This document shows, piece after piece, positions 20,907 through 30,174 of a stretch of DNA of 64,000 nt. The stretch covers positions 1-64,000 of the forward strand of contig CAWJQC010000006.1 in the NCBI GenBank assembly GCA_963844965.1, given 5' to 3'. Source of the DNA: an uncultured bacterium (lineage in GTDB: Bacteria > Patescibacteriota > Minisyncoccia > UBA6257 > 2-01-FULL-56-20). A program made the translations under genes and the position numbers. The notes below the pieces were generated by a model, which did no database searches, was not told the DNA's origin, and saw only the letters and a list, made by a program, of their open reading frames with translations. Numbering within the stretch: the stretch's first letter is position 1; every line of letters begins with the position of its first letter.

Positions 20907-22349
20907 ATGAGATATTTTATCTACACAAGGAAATCAACCGAGAGCGAGGACAGACAGATGATGTCGCTGGAATCGCAGCTGAACGAGCTGAAAGAATTTG
21001 CCGTCAAAGAAAAACTTGAAATCGTCGCTTCGCTGAGCGAAGCGCAAACCGCCAAAGAACCAGGGCGAAAGATTTTTGCAGAAATGCTTGATCGGATTTG
21101 CGCAGGAGAGGCCGACGGAGTTTTGGCTTGGCATCCCGACCGATTGGCCCGCAATTCGATAGACGGCGGAAAGATTATATATCTCTTGGACACAGGAAAA
21201 ATCAAAGACCTCAAATTTCCGACGTTCTGGTTCGACAGCACGCCGCAGGGGAAATTTATGCTGAACATGGCCTTTGGACAGAGCAAATACTATGTGGACA
21301 ATTTGAGCGAGAATATTAAACGAGGACATCGAGCAAAACTAAGAAAAGGAATTTGGCCCGGCTTCGCCCCGCTTGGATATCTGAATAATCCAAAAACAAG
21401 GGCTATTGATGTTGATAGCGAAAGAGCACCGATTATTAGGAAAGCGTTTGAACTTTACTCAATCGGCGAATATACCCTGAAAGCCCTTGCCAAAGTTTTG
21501 GAACAAGCGGGACTAAGAAGCCATAAAGGCAATATTCTTGTCGTTGCCTGTGTCCAGCGACTTTTGAAGAATCCGATTTACTACGGCGTATTCTCTTTCA
21601 ACGGTGAAGTATATGACGGAACGCACGAGCCTATTATTTCCAAGAAACTTTTTGATTCTGTTCAACAAGTGATGAGCAATCGAGGAAAGAAGCAACGAAA
21701 ACGAAAACACGACTTTGCTTTTTCAGGATTTATGCGTTGCGGAAAGTGCGACTGCCTTATCACCGCCGAAACGCAGAAGGGACACACCTATTATCGTTGC
21801 ACCAAGAAAAAGCAAACTTGCAATGAAAAGTATTTGCGCGAGGAAGTTCTTGTTGAACAGATGAAATCCGTCATTCAAAAAGTTTCAATTCCCGACGACT
21901 GGGCGGACAATATGCTTGCCGAGATAGACCGAGAGAAAGAAAGCATACAAAACGAGGGCTTTGTTTTTGTCCAAAATCTCAAAACGCAGAAAGTGGAAGT
22001 TGAGCAGAAAATAGATCGCTTGCTCGATATCTACATTGAGGGTAAGGGCATATCGCCCGAAGAATATCAGGACAAGAAAGCGAAATTGCTCAACGAGAAG
22101 GGCGACATCGAGCAAAGAATTAGAGATTTTGGGCAAAAGGGAAATAACCGGCTCGAACTTATCCGAGAAGTGATTTTACAGAGTAGCCAAGCCAAAATTG
22201 TTTTATCGCAGGGCGATAAAAAGCAAATCCGCGAATTTCTCAAAAATGTCGGCTCGAACTTTACTCTTAATGCGAAACGGCTTGAAATTTCCCCACAAAA
22301 CGGCTGGCGAGCCCGACTGCAAGGCGAGCCATTTCTTAACTGGCGGTGA
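20907..22349 (+). CDS. Large serine recombinase 1 (resolvase catalytic domain + recombinase domain + Zn ribbon + coiled coil)
   Basis: YTRKST...R (catalytic Ser region), AWHPDRLARN, CGKCDCLITAETQKGHTYYRC. Confidence 0.85.
   Translation: MRYFIYTRKSTESEDRQMMSLESQLNELKEFAVKEKLEIVASLSEAQTAKEPGRKIFAEMLDRICAGEADGVLAWHPDRLARNSIDGGKIIYLLDTGKIKDLKFPTFWFDSTPQGKFMLNMAFGQSKYYVDNLSENIKRGHRAKLRKGIWPGFAPLGYLNNPKTRAIDVDSERAPIIRKAFELYSIGEYTLKALAKVLEQAGLRSHKGNILVVACVQRLLKNPIYYGVFSFNGEVYDGTHEPIISKKLFDSVQQVMSNRGKKQRKRKHDFAFSGFMRCGKCDCLITAETQKGHTYYRCTKKKQTCNEKYLREEVLVEQMKSVIQKVSIPDDWADNMLAEIDREKESIQNEGFVFVQNLKTQKVEVEQKIDRLLDIYIEGKGISPEEYQDKKAKLLNEKGDIEQRIRDFGQKGNNRLELIREVILQSSQAKIVLSQGDKKQIREFLKNVGSNFTLNAKRLEISPQNGWRARLQGEPFLNWR
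22265..22348. repeat. IR arm P' (inside the recombinase 1 3' end; its stop codon overlaps the core)
   Basis: Inverted copy of 20797-20880. Confidence 0.85.
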
Positions 22350-22572
22350 GATATTAGACTTTGCTCGAACCCACTTCGCACGCGCGGAGCGCGTGGTGGC
22401 TTGAACCGGAAGCGTACGCCCCGATTCCGCTGACAGCGCCTCGACCGCGCTCGCGGACTCGCGCGGGCAAACCCAAAAATTTCCTTGCATTTTCTTTGCG
22501 CGGCTCCTCCCCCCACCCCTCCGCCGCAAGGCGGGAAATGAAGGAAAGGAAATTTTTGGTTTGCGTCGCCAC
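22349..22572. repeat. IR arm Q' (~224 bp), inverted copy of 24631-24860; contains a ~96-nt hairpin with a G-rich loop
   Basis: Direct comparison. The table ORFs inside it (22354..22707, 24595..24849) mirror each other and are probably non-coding. Confidence 0.8.
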
Positions 22573-22781
22573 AAGGAAACTCCACAAAGAGTAACAAAAG
22601 ATTTCATCAAATGAAACCCTTTGCTCCGTATCCTTGTGGCGACCCGAGGCGCAATACAATGCGGTTTGCGCTAGGGCACAATCATATTTGATATGTGCTT
22701 GCCCCACCCGCCCAGTGCGCGCACAACCAGCCCGGCCGTTTTTAGGAGAAATTATAAAACGGCGGGGCTGGCTCCCTTGAA

Positions 22782-23387
22782 TTACTTAAAGCAAGTGAAC
22801 TGAGGCAAGACCACAGATAACGCAACAAATGCCAGTCCTAATATAAAGGTAGCCGTTATGAGATTTGCATTTGAGAAAAGATTCTCACCCAATTCTTTCA
22901 AAATTGTATTTTCGTAGGCATCCGCTTCCTCCATGTCGGGGTTATTCCTCATGTCATGATATTTTTTCTCAAATTCTTCCAATTTCGGCTTGTATTCCTC
23001 TGGGGCAATTTCACCCGTCGAGAATTGTGTGCTGACATAGGAAAAGTCGCCAAGAGTTTTCTGAATGCCCTTCAAGCCCGCCGTATATTTTGCGCCAAAA
23101 ATCAGATTGCGTTTGAAACCAAGGAATGCAACAACAACCGCGATGACAAAAAATATAAATCCTACGCTGGCAAGCATGTCATTTTTTGGAAAGTTGCTTG
23201 CCAACAGCGCTTGAGTTAAACCTGCGAAAATGCCGCAGACCGTGACTATATACTCGTAGTATTTTCTGTGGCTACTCTTAAACCCATCAATTTGCGGGCT
23301 TGTAGTCAGAATAAAACTGTGAATTTTCTCCTTATAGGATTGCGCTTTTTGCTTCAATTTACTTACTTCTTCATCAGTCATAGACAT
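22782..23387 (-). CDS. Membrane protein, hypothetical (cargo of unit B)
   Basis: Four predicted TM segments. Confidence 0.55.
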   Translation of the reverse strand: MSMTDEEVSKLKQKAQSYKEKIHSFILTTSPQIDGFKSSHRKYYEYIVTVCGIFAGLTQALLASNFPKNDMLASVGFIFFVIAVVVAFLGFKRNLIFGAKYTAGLKGIQKTLGDFSYVSTQFSTGEIAPEEYKPKLEEFEKKYHDMRNNPDMEEADAYENTILKELGENLFSNANLITATFILGLAFVALSVVLPQFTCFK

Positions 23388-23389
23388 TT

Positions 23390-24367
23390 TTATTTCAAAA
23401 GATTGTTGATGTTTTGAATAATACCGGCGCTTTCAACCTGCCCGGTCACTACCCAGGTCGGTATGCCAAGAAAACAAACCTTTCCGTTTTCTTTTGCCAA
23501 CGCGAGGCCGCCAGAATTTCCGTGGTCGACTTTCGCAGACACTAAGTAATCACTGATTCCGTAGCTGGCATCATAACCGCTGATAATTCCCGTGGTAACA
23601 CTTTCAGGCGGCGCAAACTGTTCCAGATTTACCGAAGAGGCAGGATAGCCAACTATTGCAACTGATGTGCCAACGGTGGCTTTTTGCGAGCATCTGGTCA
23701 TTGTTCCAACCCTGTAATCCAACTGGTTAACCTCTAAATATTCATCGAGCGGCGCACCATTTTGGTGCGCGATGGTCCGTGCCTTCTCATTTCTACTAAA
23801 AGGGACGATCGCGAAGTCGCGTTCGGCGTTAGGTTTATAGGCATTTGCTAAATCCAAAATATAAGCACCCGAACGATACGACATTCCATTGACTTCGTAC
23901 TTCGGATTCATAAATTTATCGTTCACAAACAAACATGTATCCATTCCACTGACCACATGCCAATTCGTAAGCAGTTGTCCCGTTTTATAAAGTATGGCGG
24001 TGCCGACATACTCATTGTTATCAGTGTCAAAACAGGTAACTACTCCGACTGTATCAAGATAGGGTTGGATGTCGGAGGAAGATAGGTCTTGAGAAATATT
24101 TGCATTAGTTGCTTTCTGGTTGCTCGCTTGATTAGATTTAACTTGTTTCTTCAAATCTTCCACCTCTTGCTTTAGTTGGTCGATTTCCGAAGCAGGCGGT
24201 GTTGTCGTCCCAGAATTAGCGCTATTCGCCGGAGTTTGCGAAGTATTTTCTACCGGATGATTTTTAATCTGTTTCCATCCAAAATATCCCGCGCCGCCCA
24301 AAACCAAAATTCCCGCAATAATTGCGATGAGGAGCGGTATTTGAATAAATCCCTTTGAGTTTTTCAT
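23390..24367 (-). CDS. Trypsin-like (S1) serine protease with an N-terminal TM anchor
   Basis: Catalytic triad context TNWHVV (His), DFAIV (Asp), GNSGG (Ser). Confidence 0.7.
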   Translation of the reverse strand: MKNSKGFIQIPLLIAIIAGILVLGGAGYFGWKQIKNHPVENTSQTPANSANSGTTTPPASEIDQLKQEVEDLKKQVKSNQASNQKATNANISQDLSSSDIQPYLDTVGVVTCFDTDNNEYVGTAILYKTGQLLTNWHVVSGMDTCLFVNDKFMNPKYEVNGMSYRSGAYILDLANAYKPNAERDFAIVPFSRNEKARTIAHQNGAPLDEYLEVNQLDYRVGTMTRCSQKATVGTSVAIVGYPASSVNLEQFAPPESVTTGIISGYDASYGISDYLVSAKVDHGNSGGLALAKENGKVCFLGIPTWVVTGQVESAGIIQNINNLLK

Positions 24368-24371
24368 AAAT

Positions 24372-24575
24372 CTATTTTAGCAGTTTATCAACCGAAACCC
24401 CAAGCGCTTGAGCCAACCTTTCCAACTGTTGAATGGTGATATTTTTCTTCCCGTTTTCGATTGCACTCATATATCCTCTGTCCATATCAAGCGCTCGACA
24501 AATATCGCCTTGTGTCATTTTCTTTTGCGTCCTGATTTTCTTAATGTTTCCGCCAAGGCGTTTACTTATCAACAT
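24372..24575 (-). CDS. XRE-family HTH regulator
   Basis: MTQGDICRALDMDRGYMSAIENG. Confidence 0.7.
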   Translation of the reverse strand: MLISKRLGGNIKKIRTQKKMTQGDICRALDMDRGYMSAIENGKKNITIQQLERLAQALGVSVDKLLK

Positions 24576-24630
24576 TAGTATAGCATAGGAGATATTGCAC
24601 TTTCAAACAATCTTGAACTATAATTCAATA

Positions 24631-24860
24631 GTGGCGACGCAAACCAAAAATTTCCTTTCCTTCATTTCCCGCCTTGCGGCGGAGGGGTGGGGGGAGGAGC
24701 CGCGCAAAGAAAATGCAAGGAAATTTTTGGGTTTGCCCGCGCGAGTCCGCGAGCGCGGTCGAGGCGCTGTCAGCGGAATCGGGGCGTACGCTTCCGGTTC
24801 AAGCCACCACGCGCTCCGCGCGTGCGAAGTGGGTTCGAGCAAAGTCTAATATCTCACCGC
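24631..24860. repeat. IR arm Q
   Basis: Inverted copy of 22349-22572; hairpin 24640-24735 with the loop GGAGGGGTGGGGGGAGG. Confidence 0.8.
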
Positions 24861-24986
24861 AGATAGAAACTTCGCGTTCGGACAGAGCCGCGCCGCTGTG
24901 CGGCGCGGCAGAGTGGGCGGGCAAGAAATGCCGCCGCGAAGCGGCGAATTGGCTCGGCGGGGGGAATCCGAAATGCGGGGATTTGG
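24857..24986. repeat. IR arm S (~130 bp), perfect inverted copy of 26408-26535
   Basis: Direct comparison. It lies 26 bp upstream of the recombinase 2 start. Confidence 0.85.
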
Positions 24987-25011
24987 CTCTTGTTTCAAAT
25001 CCAAGAACTAT

Positions 25012-26420
25012 ATGAATATCAAACCAAAATATTTTCTATACGCGCGTAAGAGCACCGAGGACGATGACAGGCAAATCATGTCCATCGAGGCACAGCTTTT
25101 TGAGTTGCGGGAGATCGCGCGTAAAGAAAATCTTGAAATTCTTGAGGAATTTCAAGAGTCGAAAAGCGCAAAGACACCGGGGCGCGAAATATTTGGCGAG
25201 ATGATGCGCCGCGTAGAAGAAAGCGATGGTGTTGGTATTTTGGCGTGGCATCCCGATCGATTGGCGAGAAATAGTATTGATGGCGGGCGCATCATCTACT
25301 CTGTTGATACGCGCAAGATCGTTTCTTTGCGCTTTCCGACATTTTGGTTTGAACCAACCCCGCAGGGGCTCTTTATGTTGCAAGTGGCGTTCGGGCAATC
25401 TAAATATTATTCGGACAATTTGAGCGAAAATATCAAGCGCGGCATCCGCCAAAAATTGCGTCGGGGCGAGTGGCTCAATCGTGCGCCCTTTGGCTATCAA
25501 AATAACCCGCGAATTCGCAATATCGAGCCGCATCCAGACAAACGCGCGTATTGTGAAATTGGCGTACGAGGAATACGCCAAAGGGTCGCATACGCTGATT
25601 TCGTTGTCGCAATTTTTGGCGGACTTGAATGTGGTTACTTCTCACGGAACGCCACTTGCCAAAGTTTCCATCAAACGACTGCTGACACATCGGGTATATA
25701 TTGGCTTCGTCAAACATGGTGCTGAATGGTTTGATGGAAACTTTGAGCCGATTCTAACTCCCGCATTGTTTGAAGCCGTGCAGAGGGTTGTGGCGGGCAA
25801 GGAGCGGCCGCGCACGCGCAAGGTGAAGCATGATTTTCCACTTGTCGGCCTCTTTCGCTGTGGCGAGTGCGGCGGCATGATTTCCGCGCAGTGGGCAGTC
25901 AATCGTTGGGGTACAAAATATCGCTACTATCGCTGTTCTAAAAAGCACGGCCGTTGCTCGCAACCGTATGTGCACGAAGGCCGAGCTTGCCGACAAGATA
26001 CGGCACGGCTTCAAACAATCTCGCTTTGCGATCGCTATACCGATTGGATGTTGACGAAAGTGAAAGAGTGGGAGCGCGAGGAAGTTGGAGCGTCGCAAAG
26101 CGAGGTTCAAAATCTTTCCGCAAGTATCAAAGCGGACGAGGAGCGCATGGAAAAGCTAGTTTCCGCGTATCTCGATGGCGATGTACCGAAAGCAAATTTA
26201 TCTTGACCAAAAAAGATACGCTCATGCGCTCTCTCGCCGCTTTGCGGGAAAAATTGAAAGATTTTGAACGCGGGAGAAAGAATTGGGTCGAACCCCTGCG
26301 GGAATGGATTTTGGATTTGAAACAAGCCGATTTTTTGTCCCGTTCGAATGATTTGTACCAAATCAAGCAGTTTGTACAAAAAATCGGAACGAACCCTATG
26401 GTTCGTGCCAAATCCCCGCA
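25012..26420 (+). CDS. Large serine recombinase 2 (paralog of 20907-22349), two frameshifts (~25530, ~26190)
   Basis: YARKSTEDDDRQIMSIEAQ, AWHPDRLARNSIDGGRIIY, CGECGGMISAQ...YYRCSKK. The C-terminus IKQFVQKIGTNPMVRAKSPHFGF is homologous to the recombinase 1 C-terminus and lies in arm S'. Confidence 0.7.
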
Positions 26421-26535
26421 TTTCGGATTCCCCCCGCCGAGCCAATTCGCCGCTTCGCGGCGGCATTTCTTGCCCGCCCACTCTGCCGCGCCGCACAGCG
26501 GCGCGGCTCTGTCCGAACGCGAAGTTTCTATCTGC
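26408..26535. repeat. IR arm S' (abuts the tRNA-Ser 3' end)
   Basis: Inverted copy of 24857-24986. Confidence 0.85.
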
Positions 26536-26619
26536 GGAGGGGGAGGGATTCGAACCCTCGATACCTTGCGGCATACACGCTTTCCAAGCGTGCGCACTAG
26601 GCCACTATGCGACCCCTCC
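26535..26619 (-). tRNA. tRNA-Ser (anticodon GGA), type II with a long variable arm
   Basis: Manual fold: acceptor GGAGGGG/CCCCTCC, anticodon stem CACGC/GCGTG with loop TTGGAAA, T-arm GAGGGTTCGAATCCCTC. Confidence 0.8.
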
Positions 26620-26791
26620 TTATCAACCAAAATCTTACAACTTAAATTTTAAATTTTCCAATTTTTAATTTTCAAACCGACACCGCCTGTAATGCCTTAA
26701 TCCTTTCTTTAATCCCTGCCTGCCGGCAGGCAGGGATGCGCCTCTACGTCGCACTAGTGCGCCGAGGAGGCGTAATGCGACCCCTCCGAAA

Positions 26792-27484
26792 CTACTCAAT
26801 TATTGTGCCTCGGAAACTCTCGCCCTTCAAGAGCCGCCCGAAATTTTTCAAATCCTTGCCGTTTATGATTATTGATTTGAGTCCGCGCCGCTCCGAAAGC
26901 CGCGCGGCTATGGGGTCAACCGGCGCGTGCGAGCCGGGAATCCATTTGCCGGGAATTAATTTGCGGTATTCGCGCCAGCCGATTTTTTCATACGGGCGCG
27001 CGTCTTTGTGCAGGGATGGATCTTTGTGATAGACGTGCGCCGGTTTTCCGGCCACGATAAACTCGGGAATCCGCAAATCGGCGGCAATCGCCGCCGCCAC
27101 GAAGTCCGTTGACCATCCCGGACGCCAGCCGGACGCGATCGTTATCGGATATTTTATTTTTTTCATCTTTCCTCTCTTATCAAAAACAACCGGATCGGCA
27201 ATCCTCCGAAAAATCGTGCGCAGAAGATGCGCGTTCAGGCGCGTGGCGTGAATTCCTATCCAATCCTTGTCTTCGTTCGCGAGCGGCGATACATTGTGCG
27301 CGGCATTTTGAAAAACGCGGGCCAATCGCCCGCCGCCGACCACAATTACGAAGCGCTTCCCTCTCTTCAAAAGTTTTTCTATAAACTTCTTGAAATTTTT
27401 TAAATAACCGGTGTCTATGTCGTCCGGATAGATAACCGAACCTCCAAGCGCGACCACCACCGTTTTGCCAAAAGCGTATTTCAT
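26792..27484 (-). CDS. pyrH: Uridylate (UMP) kinase
   Basis: Amino-acid-kinase fold with VVALGGS / IVVGGG motifs. Confidence 0.8.
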   Translation of the reverse strand: MKYAFGKTVVVALGGSVIYPDDIDTGYLKNFKKFIEKLLKRGKRFVIVVGGGRLARVFQNAAHNVSPLANEDKDWIGIHATRLNAHLLRTIFRRIADPVVFDKRGKMKKIKYPITIASGWRPGWSTDFVAAAIAADLRIPEFIVAGKPAHVYHKDPSLHKDARPYEKIGWREYRKLIPGKWIPGSHAPVDPIAARLSERRGLKSIIINGKDLKNFGRLLKGESFRGTIIE

Positions 27485-27488
27485 AAGC

Positions 27489-27863
27489 TTATTTTTTGCC
27501 GGTCCGGCCCTCGTTCCAATCTATCCGTCTCCCCTTTCGCCTCGCTCTTTTTACGGTAAAACCACTAGGATATCTTTTTTCAAGTTTTTTGATATTTTCT
27601 CCCAACACTTCGTCCATGTCCCAGTTAAAATAATTACATATCATGGCGGCGTACCAGAATATATCTCCCAAATTCTCGCGAATGCCGCTCCTCTGATCGT
27701 TCGCGTGACTGAAGGTTTTCTTGATGCAACCGGCGACATCGCCCGCTTCGCCCGCGATTCCCAGTCCCCAAATAAATATTTCTTTTTCTCTGTTCCCAAA
27801 TTTCTTCGCGGTCCTCTTGCAGAGTTTCTGGTATGTTTTTAAGTTGTTCGTTTTTTGGCTCAT
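27489..27863 (-). CDS. MazG-like nucleotide pyrophosphohydrolase
   Basis: GLGIAGEAGDV (the EAGE-type motif). Confidence 0.7.
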   Translation of the reverse strand: MSQKTNNLKTYQKLCKRTAKKFGNREKEIFIWGLGIAGEAGDVAGCIKKTFSHANDQRSGIRENLGDIFWYAAMICNYFNWDMDEVLGENIKKLEKRYPSGFTVKRARRKGRRIDWNEGRTGKK

Positions 27864-27898
27864 GGAATACCGGCTGCCGAAAATAACGGTAATAAAAA

Positions 27899-28802
27899 TT
27901 ACACGGAGATTGCCTGTAGCGCCTTAATCCTGTCTTCAATGGGAGGATGAGTCATAAACAGTTTGTGCCACCAGGAAACCTGGCTGCCCTTGAACGGATT
28001 GTCAATCCACATATGCGCCGTGGAATCCTTCGCAGAGCGCATCGGCGTCTGGTCCGCCTCTATTTTCCTCAAGGCGGAGATAAGGCCTTCCGGATAGCGC
28101 GTGAGCAAAACTCCAGAGGCGTCGGCCAATGCCTCGCGCCGGCGTGAGATAGCGAGCTGGATGAGCATCGTGCCGATGGGAGCGAGGATGGAAAGTATTA
28201 TGGCAAAGATAAAGAATATTTCACCGGCTTCGTCGTTCCTGCCACGCCGCCCGCCCATGCCGCCGAAGAAGAGCGACCTCAGAAAAATGTCGGCAAGAAG
28301 GGAAATTATTCCTGCGAGCACGGCCGCCACCGTGGAAACCAGAATATCGCGGTTGCCGACGTGCGAAAGCTCGTGCGCGAGGACTCCTTCAAGCTCGGTC
28401 TTATTGAGACGCTGGAGCGCGCCGGCTGTTACCGCAACCGCCGCATGCTTCGGAGTCGCGCCCGGTGGCGAAAGCGTTTATCTGCATCTCGGGCGTCACG
28501 TAAATTTTTGGCACAGGCAAACCCGAGGCGATACAAAGATTTTCCACGACGTTGTAGAGCGTCGGATTGTCTTTTTTTTCAATCGGCTGCGCCTTCGCCA
28601 AAGCCAAAGCAATTGAAGCCGAAGAATAATAGCTGATAAGAGAATAAATTATGGTAAAGATTATGGCGAAAACAATAAAACTATAGTCGTTGTAAGCCAT
28701 TGAGAACGCGTAGCCGATGCCCACGACGACGACAAAAAAAACGCCGAACAAAAGCCACGTGCGGTGAACGTTTTGCGATTGGTATTGGTAAAGATTGGCC
28801 AT
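27899..28802 (-). CDS. htpX: HtpX-like M48 zinc metalloprotease (frameshifted into three ORFs)
   Basis: HELSHV is encoded at ~28350-28380, the IYVTPEMQINAFATG N-terminus is in ORF 28401..28802, and the C-terminus is in ORF 27899..28330. Confidence 0.7.
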
Positions 28803-28817
28803 AAAAGAAGAAATGAA

Positions 28818-29081
28818 TTAACGATAAATATCCTTGCGATTTCCGACATCAATCAGATAAACCGCGCCGTCAGGAAGAAATTTGAAGATGGAGCGGTAAT
28901 CTCTGCTTATTCTAAAAGAATAACAACCGGAAAGCTTTCCAGTCAGCGGTTTTGTATGAAGCAGCGGGTGAAATGAATCTGTTGATAAAAGGTCAAGACA
29001 AAATTTAAGCTTCGGCTTTAGTTTGCCCTCCAACCTTTTAGCGGAATTAAGAAAATTATCGCCGAAGATAAGCCGCCGCAT
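28818..29081 (-). CDS. RelE/ParE-family type II toxin
   Basis: YSFRISRDYRSIFKF. Confidence 0.65.
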   Translation of the reverse strand: MRRLIFGDNFLNSAKRLEGKLKPKLKFCLDLLSTDSFHPLLHTKPLTGKLSGCYSFRISRDYRSIFKFLPDGAVYLIDVGNRKDIYR

Positions 29082-29306
29082 CTATCGTGATATTTGGCGC
29101 AAAAAAGTTTTGGGATTATAAGTATAAACCGGTTTTTCTTTCGCCGCTTTCAAAACCTCCTTTACAAATTCTTCTTTGTATTCTCCTTCCGGGTCTTTAA
29201 CGCCATTCAGTAAGATGGGCAATATGAATTCCTGCAGCAATTCCTGTTTAATCTCTTTTTTAAGTTTTTCTAACGTTTTTGTGGACATAGAAAGATAATA
29301 CGCCAA
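29082..29306 (-). CDS. Putative cognate antitoxin
   Basis: Small ORF immediately upstream, abutting the toxin. Confidence 0.35.
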   Translation of the reverse strand: MAYYLSMSTKTLEKLKKEIKQELLQEFILPILLNGVKDPEGEYKEEFVKEVLKAAKEKPVYTYNPKTFLRQISR

Positions 29307-29385
29307 AACAAGCCACGAGTCAATTTCAAATTTTTCTTTGCCTTGCCAGGTGTAGCCTTAGCGAAGCTAGGGCGGCAAATTCTTA

Positions 29386-30063
29386 TTAAATTTTGTCCTT
29401 TTTACCTTGATTGCATTCCCAACACAAAGTTTGTAAATTTTCTATATCACTTTGACCATTCTTTGCGACTGGAGTTTTATGATCAACTTCTAACCGCACT
29501 TTATTATCAACGGAAGGGCTTCTGCCACACTTAACACATCTGTAGTTATCCCTCTTTAGTACGTCCCAGCGGGTTTTCAGAGGTAAAGCGGCCCTCGCCT
29601 GCCTTGAAGCAACATTACCTAATAATTGTTGCTCCGAAATTTCGCCTCTCTTAAAACGAGCGAGTAGAACGCACGCCTTACGTAAACTACCCCATTGCCT
29701 TTGGTAGGGGTTAGTGGAAATCCTGAATCCGTGTTTCGCTATGGAGGGCTGGCCAGGCGGTCTCCCGAGTTCTCGCCAGACAAGTTCTAAATTATCCATG
29801 AGCTCCTGAGGCGAAAATCTACGGGATTTCACTCCAGTTTCAATGCCAATCAATGCGAGCGCTCGGCGCCAGCTCCCGAACCTATTCGAAACGGTCCATG
29901 AATGGCAGACTTTATCTTTCCATCGATCATATTCTCTTGTGGTGAAAGGACGAAGGTTGCGCCTTTGCGCAAAGTCGCGAAGCGAATCGAGGATTTTCTT
30001 ATCAGTGATATGGGTGATCTTCGCATCGAGACGGAATTCAAATTCGTCATTAGACGTAATCAT
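29386..30063 (-). CDS. HNH endonuclease with an N-terminal accessory domain
   Basis: Cys-rich C-terminal region CVKCGR...DHKTPVAKNG...CWECN. Confidence 0.7.
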   Translation of the reverse strand: MITSNDEFEFRLDAKITHITDKKILDSLRDFAQRRNLRPFTTREYDRWKDKVCHSWTVSNRFGSWRRALALIGIETGVKSRRFSPQELMDNLELVWRELGRPPGQPSIAKHGFRISTNPYQRQWGSLRKACVLLARFKRGEISEQQLLGNVASRQARAALPLKTRWDVLKRDNYRCVKCGRSPSVDNKVRLEVDHKTPVAKNGQSDIENLQTLCWECNQGKKDKI

Positions 30064-30174
30064 TTTATTAAATCTTCAATTGAAACGCTCAACGCTTTGG
30101 CGATTTTCGCCATTGCCATCAAGATGGTTTATCAATAACTCCTCTTTTGATTTCTAGGTAAAGAACTCTAGAGG

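Larger units (their letters stand above)
19121..26535. mobile_element. Composite integrated region at the tRNA-Ser 3' end: an older remnant (19121-19277), unit A (19278-22348) and unit B (22349-26535)
   Basis: An 18-bp direct repeat of the tRNA end bounds two serine recombinases, three XRE regulators' worth of cargo operons and a chain of long inverted repeats. Confidence 0.6.

Noticed and set aside
22354-22707. ORFs 22354..22707 and 24595..24849 encoding an identical 84-aa peptide
   Set aside because: They lie entirely within the mirrored Q arms and are translations of the same repeat on opposite strands, so they are probably non-coding.
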